DNA of 64,000 nucleotides from Tubiluchus corallicola (lineage: Eukaryota; Animalia; Priapulida), in contig JAQGDQ010000427.1 of the NCBI GenBank assembly GCA_030141605.1, positions 1 through 64,000 of the forward strand. Direction: 5' to 3'. The notes beneath the pieces were generated by a model, which did not search any database, was not told the DNA's origin, and saw only the letters and a list, made by a program, of their open reading frames with translations. Positions 1 through 11,511 of this stretch are shown in pieces. Made by a program: the position numbers and the translations under genes. Numbering within the stretch: position 1 is the stretch's first letter; each line of letters opens with the position of its first letter.

Positions 1-729
1 TTCTTAGACTCACAGTTTTTTTTCAAATTTGTGTTTGTATACTGGTGACATAGTAAGTTTTTCTTTCTATTCAGATTTTTAAGCCAACACTTATTACTCT
101 CCTTAAGTATGCCTGGAGTGCTAATTGAGCTGTTTTGTTAACCAACAGCCTGGATCTTGTTGAACGACGCTAGAACTATTAGTAAATGAGCTGCATTGTT
201 AACAATTAAACAACCTCTCGTACAGTAGAAAAGTCACCCCAAAACAATACCTACGCACTGCATGCTGGGGTAACTTAAACACCTGGTCGAGCAAGTTTTC
301 CAGACACCAACCTGACAAGCACAATTTTTTATAAAATGAAAAGCTCTCGGATTTTTTAGAAATTCTTAATGTAAAGTTACACGAATGAACGAAATGACTG
401 GTAATGTGGACTGATTATGCACCACACTGTCTTTCCATAAATTTAAATTAGATTAGATTATTTATTTACTCCAAAAAACAATTGTACATTTACATAAATA
501 AGATATAATTACAAATAAAGATAACTAGCTAATGTTTAAAGAAGGCAGAAGCCACCAGGCATGAATGCGCTTATGGCGACCCACTCCATGACATCAGTCG
601 TTTCTGTTTAATTTACAAAAAGTATTAAAATCAATTGTAATTTCGAAATCATTTAGCGCATGCGTAGTACGCTAAATTTAGTGCATGGCGCCCTACAGTA
701 TTAAATGACAGTATGTATTCAACAACTCC

Positions 730-958
730 GCCATTTTAATTTGCAATGTATCGCGCTACCGCCATACTGGCTGTGACGTAGCTGCGCTGCGTGCCGGTAG
801 ATGCGCAAACAGCGCTCCGTGGTTTTTCCCGCTGATACAAATAAACTAATTACGCATTAATTAAGCAACGCAGCGCAAACCTTTTTATGCCAAATTACTG
901 TCCGGTAATTCAGTTATAAAATAAATTTAACTTGATTTTCGTGATATTCCTCCTTTAA
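730..958 (-). mobile_element. Kolobok-like DNA transposon terminus (TTAA-AGGAGGAATATCACG...), copy 1
   Basis: Ends GATATTCCTCCTTTAA at 958; homologous ~230 bp at 2885-3119, 37170-37391 and inverted at 31640-31870 and 55960-56190. TTAA target plus RR terminus is Kolobok-like. Confidence 0.6.
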
Positions 959-1193
959 ATCACCTCTCTTACTCAAAGAATTTAGTAAAAAAAATCGGGC
1001 AAATAAGGATAGGTGTAAGTCAGAGGTTCGAATTCCAGGATAGCATGGCGGCCTTTAAATTCCGCATTATGATGAGCCATTTTGTATAGTTGTTCTTTAA
1101 TGTAATTAATTACTTAAATAATGAATATCTCTTAATTACAAATGTTATCATAATTAGCAAACAATTGTTTATAAACTAACTGCATATACCTTT

Positions 1194-1553
1194 TGTAACA
1201 AGTCATCTAGCACACACCATTGTCACAGAATAGAACACTACAATGACTCTGAAACAAGTTATATTTCCAGCACTAATAACAAAAAAGGGGGAACAAAATA
1301 CACAAAACACTAACTTAAGTAAGTAACAGCACACATATAAACTAGGCCAAGAAGCATCAGTGTCAGAAATCTGAGGCTGTAGTGACCTCCAGACGCTTTT
1401 ATACTGGCATTCCAGGTTAGCTGGCTTCTCACACCTCGTGTAGGCCCAAACAAGACGTCTGGATGTACAGGGAAGGGGCGAGTCGTTGCTAAAGTGGAAG
1501 CAGGGCGTACAGAGGGCGCTATACCAGACCCGACAACAGGTGTCCATGTAAAA
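1194..1553 (-). mobile_element. solo-LTR-like element (~360 bp) embedded in the composite repeat
   Basis: Family copies start TG(T/C)TA and end TGTTACA, with TATAAAAG and AATAAAA motifs; homologues at 3373-3607, 46914-47245, 55355-55715. No TSD found. Confidence 0.5.
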
Positions 1554-1854
1554 ATATTATCTGTATCATTTCATATCATTATAACAATAAGACTTATGTA
1601 AGTTATAAAAAATGATTTATATACGTTTGTCTAGACAGCAAAATTATTTTCTAGGCTTGCAAATATCTAGTCTTTTATTAAAATGCAGACAGAATTTTTT
1701 TAATATCAGCTCAAAGTCTTTCTGCAGTTCTGAACTTTCATTTATATTATGAAATCAGACACAATCAATCGATTGAATCACTGGTGTGTGTTGTAACACT
1801 TTACTCTTCTAACAGATGTTCAAATCTTTAGGCACATTTAATTAAACATTATAA

Positions 1855-2140
1855 ATCAGGTGAATCATTGCAACGTTATTTAACACCTTCCCTCTTTGTC
1901 TTACACCAGGTGCTCAATTTATCAGGTGAGTCACCTGTACCTGTTTAATCCATTAACTCTTTGTCTTATATCGTATGTTCAGTTTATCAGGTGAATCACC
2001 TGTGCCTGCTTAAATAAATTAACTCTTTGTCTTATACCAGATGCTCAATTTATCAGGTGAATCACCTGTGCCTGCCTTTAAATAATTTAACTCTTTGTCT
2101 TACAACAGATGATCAATTTATCATGTGAATCACGAAACCT
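1855..2140 (-). repeat. ~66-bp minisatellite (about 4 units) with CAGGTG-nnn-CACCTG palindrome
   Basis: Repeated ATCAGGTGAATCACCTG...TTAACTCTTTGTCTTA; inverted homologues at 30730-31020, 46320-46610, 63495-63680. Confidence 0.85.
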
Positions 2141-2441
2141 GATTAACATCCTCACTTTTGTTTCACACCAAATTTTAACACTCAATGCAACTTTAGTTGA
2201 ACGTTAGCAATCAGGGGAATCATAGTAATTTTATTATTGACAACGATGCTTTTTTACTTGACAACGAAAACGATCCTCACCAATTTAAAATCTTTATTAG
2301 CTTTTTTTAGAAACATACTTATACATCATGTATGTATTCCCTAATTGTTGTAAGCTAAAACATAATATACATTTTCTCTGGCTTTTATATATTTTTTGAT
2401 CCAGGTATAAAATAAGCGCTGTGTGAGTACAGTATCTATTC

Positions 2442-2444
<3 letters not shown>

Positions 2445-2502
<58 letters not shown>

Positions 2503-2510
2503 ACTCTCTC
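2445..2510. repeat. (CT)n microsatellite
   Basis: Direct reading. Confidence 0.95.
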
Positions 2511-2819
2511 GGTAAATTAAGAAAATGCAGTCATTAAATAAGCGTAGAATATTAAATTAGGTTTGTGTTTGAGCATACACAAAACAGAAGGTGTGAGTCA
2601 TTTATATGAAGCATCTAACTGAACTAATTATGTATGGAATACAAAATGAAGTTAAAACAAAGGGAGGCAGGCAGTATTAGTCACGTATGAATTATTAATT
2701 AGATTGGCATGCAGCATCAGTGTCTTAATTTACGGCAGCGCCTACAGTATAGAACATTATGCACTAATTAAGTATTTAGCAGAAGCCATATAGGTAATGA
2801 ATAAGCAGACCTGAAGAAG

Positions 2820-3635
2820 CCATGTGTAGTGCATGGTGCCCTACAGTATTAAATGATACTCAACACAGTATGTATTCAACAACACCGCCATTTTAATTTG
2901 TAATGTATCGCGCTACCGCCATACTGGCTGTGACGTAGCTGAGCTGCGTGTCGTAGATGCGCAAACAGCGCTCCATGGTTTTTCCCGCTGATACAAATAA
3001 GCTAATTACTAATTAATTAAGCAACGCAGCGCAGCGCAAACCTTTTTACGCCAAATTACTGTCCGGTAATTCAGTTATAAAATAAATTTAACTTGATTTT
3101 CGTGATATTCCTCCTTTAAATCACCTCTCTTATTCATCTGTCAAAGTATTTAGTAAAAAAAAATCGAGCAAAGTAGGAACGAGATGTCAGTCAGAGGTTC
3201 GAATTTAACGATAGCATGGCGGCCTTTAAATTCCGCATTAATGTATTGTGTATAGCTATTTTGTATAGTTGTTCTTTAATGTAATTAATTACTTAAATAA
3301 TGAATATCTCTTAATTACACATGTTATCGTAATTAGTAAACAACTGTTTATAAACTAACTGCATATGCCTTTTGTAACAAGTCATCTAGCACACACAAAA
3401 GTCACAGAATAGAACACTAGGCCAAGGAGCACCTGTGTCAGACCACACGCTTTTATACAGGCATTCCAGGTCAGCTGACTTCTCACACCACGTGTAGGCC
3501 CAAACAAGACGTCTGGATGTAGAGGGAATTGGCGAGTCGCTGCTAATGTGGAAGCAGGGCGTACAGAGGGCGCTATACCAGACCGGATAACAGGTGTCAC
3601 TGTAACAATATTATCTTTATCATTTCATATCATAA
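2820..3635 (+). repeat. local direct duplication of ~660-1590 (Kolobok-like end plus internally deleted LTR-like element 3373-3607)
   Basis: Shared sequence from GTGCATGG(C/T)GCCCTACAGTATTAAATGA through ATCATTTCATATCAT; LTR-like part lacks an internal segment. Confidence 0.9.
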
Positions 3636-3734
3636 TCACCTGTGCCTGCGTTTAAATACATTTTCTCTGGTTTTTATACATATTTTTTTGATCCAGGTAT
3701 AAAATAAGCCCTGAGTGAGTACAGTATCTATTCA

Positions 3735-3844
<110 letters not shown>

Positions 3845-4430
3845 CACTATCGGTGAATTAAGAAAACGCAGTCATTAAATAAGCCTAGAATATTAAATTA
3901 GGTTTGTGTTTGAGCAAACACGAAGCAGAAGGTGTGAGTCATTTATCTGAAGCATCAAACTGAACTAATTATAGTTTAAATATGTATAGAATATAAAATG
4001 AAGATGAAACGTAGGCAGGCAGTGTTAGTCACGTATTAATTATTAATTAGATTGGTATGCAGCATCAGCATCTTAATTTTTATGAAATTCCGTTATTTTC
4101 GTTATATAATATCGTAATAAAATATCGTTTTTTGCGACTCCTGATATATTAGTCTGTTTACATAAATAACAATAAATATTTTACGAACTTCTGCTTATGG
4201 CTCCGCGGAATTTGATATCATGTTGAACTAGTGAAATGTTAAAGATTTTAGACCTATGTGTTATCAAATCTACTGAAACTTCTTTGTAAAAGCAATAACT
4301 TTAATAAATCTCACATCAAAATGAAGAAAAGGGCAATTTATTATTTATTATTATTATTATTTATTTGCTGCAGTCAGCTCCACAACAATGACTCATTTGT
4401 GGTGTACACAACATGTCCCCCCTCAAATAT

Positions 4431-4606
<176 letters not shown>

Positions 4607-5399
4607 ATAGTCGTTCATTATGCGCTAAAAATGGCAGATTGAATGAACAAATAACAAGAAATAAGCTTAGTGTTTTGAGGAAACAGAACAGAAGGTCTGA
4701 TTCATTTGCTAGATGCATCTAATTAAATTAATTAGTTAGTTAGTTAGCTTTTAGTTTGACTTTAATAGAATAAGTCTCTGCAGAGCTTTAAGCAGAAGTT
4801 GATAAAGTATTTAATGACGGCAGAGGCTGTTAGCTACAGGTACAGACCATATGGTCAGAATAAAAAAGTAGGCAATAATTTCAAATTCGTTGCTCACAGA
4901 CTGCTGTATATCTTCATTTAGTGATAGAAAAGACGTATATACGTATATAAATAAGATGTTTACATAATAGAAAATAAATCATTTTGGGATTAGATCTTTT
5001 CTTATATTTGAATCTCTTTATATTCTAATAGAACAAGATTATACTTCAATGCAAATAATGCTGTTTGCATAAAAGTGCCAGCTTTATGCAGTACCATTTT
5101 CGTATTCCTACGAAGTGTATGCAGTTATAGAAAAGATTTAAAGCTGGCAAAAATCGAAAAATGAAAAAAATGAGAATATAAATAAAAATCACTCAAAAAC
5201 GAAATAAAAAGACACCAAGTTTCGGGACATTGCTGCGCACTGCCTCCTAACGAAAGGGACATTGAAATTCTTTCGAAATTCATTAAGGAGTCCCCCAGAA
5301 AAATAAGCGTATTGCCATAAGAGGACAGAAATGGTTTGCAGGCATAGAACAGTAAAAATAAGGCACAAGTAAAAACACAGAGTCAGTTTACAGAAACAT

Positions 5400-5790
5400 A
5401 ACAGCCTTTGTCAAGTAGTCGTACCTATGATGAGAAGGTTGCCCATATGTAGGCCATGGAAAGAATAATGGTTGACAGCAAACGCCATTTTTACGTAAAA
5501 TTATTATGTTTTCTGTGGTTTCAAGTAATCGCCAGTATTTAAGTGAATTACTTTGTGAATTCAATAATTTGTGCGAAACAGTCGAGCAAAATGAGAGATT
5601 CTGAACAGAATTGTGTCAAAATAATAAGAAATTAACATTATTAAATGAGACTTGCATTTCGTTACTGAGTTTCAGAAGCATGAGCTGTTACAGTAATGAA
5701 CAGTGTGAACTAAAACTACACAGCGGCTACATATTCATTCAACACGAGTCTACGAGAGTAATTTTATCACAAAATTAACGTTTGTTCTGT
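5400..5790 (+). repeat. dispersed repeat, direct copy at ~10530-10910 and inverted copy at ~49560-50215
   Basis: TAGTCGT(A/G)CCTATGATGAGAAGGTT...CACAAAATTAACGTTTGT shared. Confidence 0.9.
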
Positions 5791-5985
5791 AACACTGAAG
5801 TATTAAAGTGTCATGGCTGAAACGGATGCCATTTGCTATTCTGAACTTTCGGAGAATGTAGCTACAGAGCTTATTCATGTGACGTCATTACGCAAGGAGT
5901 TATGGGTTGCGCGCCATATTGGACAGTATTAGTAGCCACACCGCAGCGTTTGTTAATTAGAGTTTAATATTTTCATAAATTTACG

Positions 5986-6169
5986 ATGGTTATTACTTGT
6001 GTTGTTGTTGACAACTTGTGTGCCAACAGTCAGAAGAAGAATGTACAGCTATCATTGTACAGATTTCCTGCGAACAAGGACAGTCGGTTACTGTGGATTA
6101 TTGCAATGAAATGGAAGGACTGGATACCGTCAGTGTACAGCAGATTGTGTAGCGCACACTTTGTTTCAG
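5986..6169 (+). CDS. THAP zinc-finger protein A, exon 1 (probably transposon-derived)
   Basis: MVITCVVVDNLCAN...YRFP...W...W.P...RLCSAHFVSG: C2CH THAP signature; phase-1 donor CAG|GTACGT at 6169/6170. Confidence 0.88.
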
Positions 6170-7782
6170 GTACGTTAGTAAACTAACTCATTATTTCAAA
6201 ATAATAATCGCTACTGAGTGACTTTGTTGACCTACTAGAATGGTAGTTTTTCTAGAATGGATCATAACTGGGCTGAAAATTCTAGACTAAAATGTAGCAA
6301 ATGTGTTAATACTTTTAACGCTTAAGAAGAGCCCTGTATTTGTAGGGGCGTGTTCCTGTATGCGTTGTTTATTTAAGTGTGTGATTTGTTAATTGTTCTT
6401 GTGTTTATGTTAGTAAAATAAAGCGTTTATTGTTATTATACTTCATGGCTTTTATTTTAGTCCAGTTGTTCTAAAGTTCCACTGATACCCTGGTAGACAC
6501 CTGCTGTCAAAATTCACTATTGACTAGCTTTGATACAAAAAGTGGCTTGATTTCTTCATAAACTTGCACATTTCGCTTTGGTTAGCATTGAAACACTTCA
6601 AATTTAGCGCCGCACAGACATTTTGCGAAAGACGAAAAATCGGGGAAGCAAGCGGAAGTCACGTGCCGCAAGGAACGACACTGCGCATGTGTGACTCTCG
6701 TATTTACATGTGGGCAAGTCAAGAGGCACGCCGGTAATGGAGAAACTGGAGTACTTGCTGAAGCATTTTTAATGTTAAACTCAAATCACAGCTTTGTCCA
6801 CATTTACTTGAATGCACTATATTTTATAGATGAAAAATATTTTATAGTTGTACAACGTGTAAAAGTTTTAGCGATACACGTAACATCACTACCAGTTACC
6901 TTTTGTCTAGTTATACTGTCTGACAATTTGTGAGTTTCAAAAGTAAACGAAAACGGAAAACTAAGAAGAAAACGGAAAACTAAGCCTTTCAGACAACATT
7001 TTTACTCCTTGAAAGAGTGCTTCATCTTAAGACACTTGGGAAAACCTTTGTGGCATTTTCTCGAATGTGCAAATGAAATTTCAGAGAAAAAAGCTTTAAA
7101 TATTTATGTCAAAAATATTCTCATAATCTACAGTTTGGCTGCTGATCGACGTGTGTATAAGATTTGTGTAGTCTGGTACCTTTATTCTACGTGTAGCTGC
7201 ACGTCTAGCAGGACAGTTGGGCGATTCTATTTGTGGCAAAAGGAAAGGATGTCCTATCACATCTACGGTCGCGTTTTGTGCGACTTTTATTTTAATGTGA
7301 CCTGTAAAAAATCGGGAGAAATATGTAAAAATGTGAAGAAATGGAGGTTACCATTAGAAACGGGAGCTTCCTTTAAATTGGTAGGGTTGAAATGTCTTAC
7401 TGCTAACCTAGACTAAATATAGTTGTTATGAAATTTAGGTGGAAATGTTAATTATTACCTTATTGAGCATCTAACCCAAAATGGTGGCTAACAGCTTACT
7501 TTGTAGCTTGATTTAATTCGCGGGAGTAGTGGGCACACCTATTGTTCATACAGCCTACACACAGTTCAAATAATAGTACAGTAACATCATACTGCTCTGT
7601 ATACTTTGTTTGTTACTATAAATCTGCTGTTCCTTGCAGGTTTGTAAATTGAAGACTGATTCTTATAAGTTTATTTGCTAAAAATAGATAAGGAATATTG
7701 AGAGAAACGTTTTTGTTAATAGATAAATCATTACTCGGCAATAATCGCTCTGTTCATAGTGCTCTGCTTGCTGTGGCCGCCA

Positions 7783-8656
7783 GTTGTCTACTGTACTACC
7801 TCTCAGTAAACTCTACCTGACGTGACATCATAGCATTGACTGTCATGGCGGGCAGGTTGTCTACTGTACTACCTCTCAGTAAACTCTACCTGACGTGACA
7901 TCATAGCATTGACTGTCATGGCAGGCAGGTTGTCTACTGTACTACCTCTCAGTAAGCTCTACCTGACGTGACATCATAGCATTGACTGTCATGGCGGGCA
8001 GGTTGTCTACTGTACTACCTCTCAGTAAGCTCTACCTGACGTGACATCATAGCATTGACTGTCATGGCGGGCAGGTTGTCTACTGTACTACCTCTCAGTA
8101 AACTCTACCTGACGTGACATCATAGCGTTGACTGTCATGGCGGGCAGGCTGTCTACTGTACTACCTCTCAGTAAACTCTACCTGACGTGACATCATAGCG
8201 TTGACTGTCATGGCGGGCAGGTTGTCTACTGTACTACCTCTCAGTAAACTCTACCTGACGTGACGTCATAGCATTGAGTGTCACGGCAGGCAGGTTGTCT
8301 ACTGTACTACCTCTCAGTAAACTCTACCTGACGTGACATCATAGCATTGACTGTCATGGCAGGCAGGTTGTCTACTGTACTACCTCTCAGTAAGCTCTAC
8401 CTGACGTGACATCATAGTATTGTGTGTCATGGCGGGCAGGTTGTCTACTGTGCTACCTCTCAGTAAGCTCTACCTGACGTGACATCATAGTATTGTGTGT
8501 CATGGCGGGCAGGTTGTCTACCGTACTACCTCTCAGTAAGCTCTACCTGACGTGACATCATAGCATTAAGTGTCATGGCAGGCAGGTTGTCTACTGTACT
8601 ACCTCTCAGTAAGCTCTACCTGACGTGATGTCATAGTATTGTGTGTCATGGCGGGT
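7783..8656 (+). repeat. 73-bp tandem array, about 12 near-identical units, inside the THAP-A intron
   Basis: Unit GTTGTCTACTGTACTACCTCTCAGTAAACTCTACCTGACGTGACATCATAGCATTGACTGTCATGGCGGGCAG; starts at 7783, 7856, ... Confidence 0.97.
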
Positions 8657-9086
8657 AATATTTTCTGCAGGACCAACAGCACGCAATTTAAGTAACAATA
8701 TCACATAAAAGTACGAAACAGGACTGCCTTAAAAGTTAAAAATTACGTAAATCTGCCTACGCTATAAAAGAAAATAACAAAAAATAGTGTCGTAGGACCT
8801 TTAATTTAATTCAGTTGAGTTGAAATTTATCTTTCTCCATCAACGTTAATTACAATTTGCAATGCTAGAAATAGGCCAGTCTGCTTTGGTTATTTATTTT
8901 GTAGCAAAATAGTTGTAACAGCAAAAAATTGGCATTCATTTTGTGTATCTCTGACTTTAGTACATTAGTTTTCAACGTCAAAATGATTATGTTTAATGTC
9001 AAATTCAAATGGGTAGGCCCACATTATTATAGATGTAACACAACTAAACTACAATTTTAACTCTATTTCAATTTGTTCTTTCACAG

Positions 9087-9262
9087 GCAAGAAGAGTGAC
9101 AGTCCTCTTTCTCCAGATTATGCGCCCTCTGTTTTCTGCGACGTCAAATCACCAAAGACGCGACTCCAGGAGCAGAAATCAGAAACGTATGAAGACAGAC
9201 AAAACAGGAAAAGAAAACGAGTTGAATATGAAAACGATATCAGGCGGCCACAGATCGTTTAG
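9087..9262 (+). CDS. THAP protein A, exon 2
   Basis: Acceptor TTCTTTCACAG|GC, phase compatible (G+GC=Gly); reads GKKSDSPLSPDYAPSVF...RQNRKRKRVEYENDIRRPQIV*, supplying the AVPTIF-box equivalent and a basic NLS-like stretch. Confidence 0.8.
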
Positions 9263-11511
9263 AACTTTCTGACATCAATAAAGTAAAAATTCAGCAGGAA
9301 TTTGTATTGGCATCTACAAATGAAACGATTTCCTCACCAGTATTACCACCATGTTTCTTTGCAAGGAAGCCAGACTAACACGATAATGAACAAGAAAGCC
9401 CTCCAATTACGTAAACCTCAAAAAATTCGTCTTGAAATTTAATACCACTTTCATGCTGCCTTTTTGCATACAGGACTTGCGGTAATGCTGTTTAAATAAA
9501 TATATATAGGAAACACAGGAAAAAGTGGCATAAGGAAAAATGGCACAGGACAAAAATGGCACAGGAATAAATGAAAATGGCGACTTACTAAAACTTAGTG
9601 TTAAAGGGGATAATTTTTTTAGTTAATATTTTTTACCTCTGTCAAGGAAGTTATGCTTCAACACGGTTTGCTGGTTTGTTTGTCTGTTTCTTTGTTTGTA
9701 TTTTGTCTGACATGGCAGTAAACCTGTTACGCAAATACTGCCTAATAGATTTCAGGGAATTTGTGGAGAAATCGGGTACAGGGTGCCAAAATGGGAATCT
9801 TTTACCTGGTTCTTTTTTCGCAAAACGTGACCAAACCACCACGTACAGAAAAACATTCGTGAAGCACTTAGTGGAGGTCTCAGAGTGATATTTAGCCCTT
9901 CTTTTATTTATTATCTCCATCTTGACAAACAACTAGGAGTTGCTCCAGCTTCCATTTCGAGAAATTCTCGCTTGTAAAACTGTGTAAAGCCGTCTGTTTG
10001 ATTATTAGTGCGAATAGCCCTATTGGTATGTAAATACGTATATATTTGTCAGTCAATTACCTTTCCCCAAAATTAATAGCCATACACACTATGTGGAATG
10101 TTCGTGCATTATTGACTATAAATCTGTTTAATGAACAAAATATTTTGTGAGTATTTTGCTATATAATGCCAGTACTGGTACATTTTTGTACGTTTGCTTG
10201 TTTATCTTTGTGTTACGTTTTTTTAATAAAAAAATCGAATGAATAAGTTTAAGATCGTTCGGCTTTGGAGGAAATGTCTGTGAATACTGAATGCATTCTA
10301 CATGTAGTTTCATTATATGCTTGTATGCAGTGTACTTAAGTGAACTAAATTATATTTTTAGGATATAATGAGTTCCACAAATAATATAAGATTTTTGTTG
10401 CTTAACAAGCATTTGAACAATAATAGCAGAAAACCAGAATGTTCTAAGCTAAAAAGTTATGAATTGTGTTAGAAAGCATCGTGCTCAATTCTGAAAACGG
10501 AAAACTGTAAGTCGTTTCTGACTGTACAGCTTTTCTCCAGTAGTCGTGCCTATGATGAGAAGGTTACCCATATGTAGGGCGCGGAAAGAATAATGAGTGA
10601 CAGGAAACGCCATTTTTACGTGAAATTATCATGTTTTCTGTGGCATCAAGTATTTACCAGTATTTAAGTGAACTATTTTGTGAATTCAAGAATTTTTGTG
10701 AAAGAGTCGAGCAAAATGAGAGATCTGAACAGAAATGAGTCAAGATAATAAGAAATTAACATTATTAAATGAGGCTTGTATTTCTTTACTGAGTTTCAGA
10801 AGTATGAGCTGTTACAGTAAAGAACAGTGTGAACTAAAACTATACAAAATGGCTACACATTCATCCAACACGAGTTTACGAAAATTATTTTATCACAAAA
10901 TTAACGTTTGTAATTCATCCGCTATTAATTATTTAAATGAATACAAATTAGCCTGACAAATGCCAAAAAATCGCTAAATTACTTTTAGAATCTAGCGCAC
11001 CACAAACGCTTGAGAACTACTCCGTGATTTACATTACATTGTACCAGATAAACAGAGTAAGCCACTTATCAGCACAACAAAAGCAAGACTAATCCAACTA
11101 CCTCATTAGCGAATGTATGACCTAACAATCAACAATCAATGGCTTACCATTTTCAAGTATCCATAAACAGTGTCATAAATTTAAGCAAATTTGATTGCAA
11201 GATCATGTTAACGTAAGACATTGGATTCACAAACTTGTTGCAAGAGAAAGCTGTAGTACTTTAGAAACCAGCTTAACTATAACCACAACTAAAATGATCT
11301 GTGGTTTCTAGTCATTACATTCAAAGAACAGGCAATGAACCATTAGATTTCGTGCCAGCCAAAATAAAAAATATTTGGTCTTTATTTTTGCCTTTAATTT
11401 TACTTTTTTCAACGTTTCTGTAAAATTGGGTCTGATTTTTATGCATTTTCTTTGATAATTTGACAATTTTTTGAAATGTTTACGGTTTTCGAAAACTGGG
11501 TTTTGTCACTT

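Noticed and set aside
1010-1050. tRNA B-box-like GGTTCGAATTCC
   Set aside because: No cloverleaf or A-box; motif varies among the three copies.
1203-1547. ORFs in the LTR-like element (also 3382, 46828, 55278)
   Set aside because: Frames differ among copies; no protein motif.
7783-8656. CRISPR-like regular array
   Set aside because: Units are contiguous with no unique spacers, no cas genes, eukaryotic context.
9598-9932. ORFs conserved with 50816-51199 on both strands
   Set aside because: Conservation reflects DNA duplication; no domain recognised.
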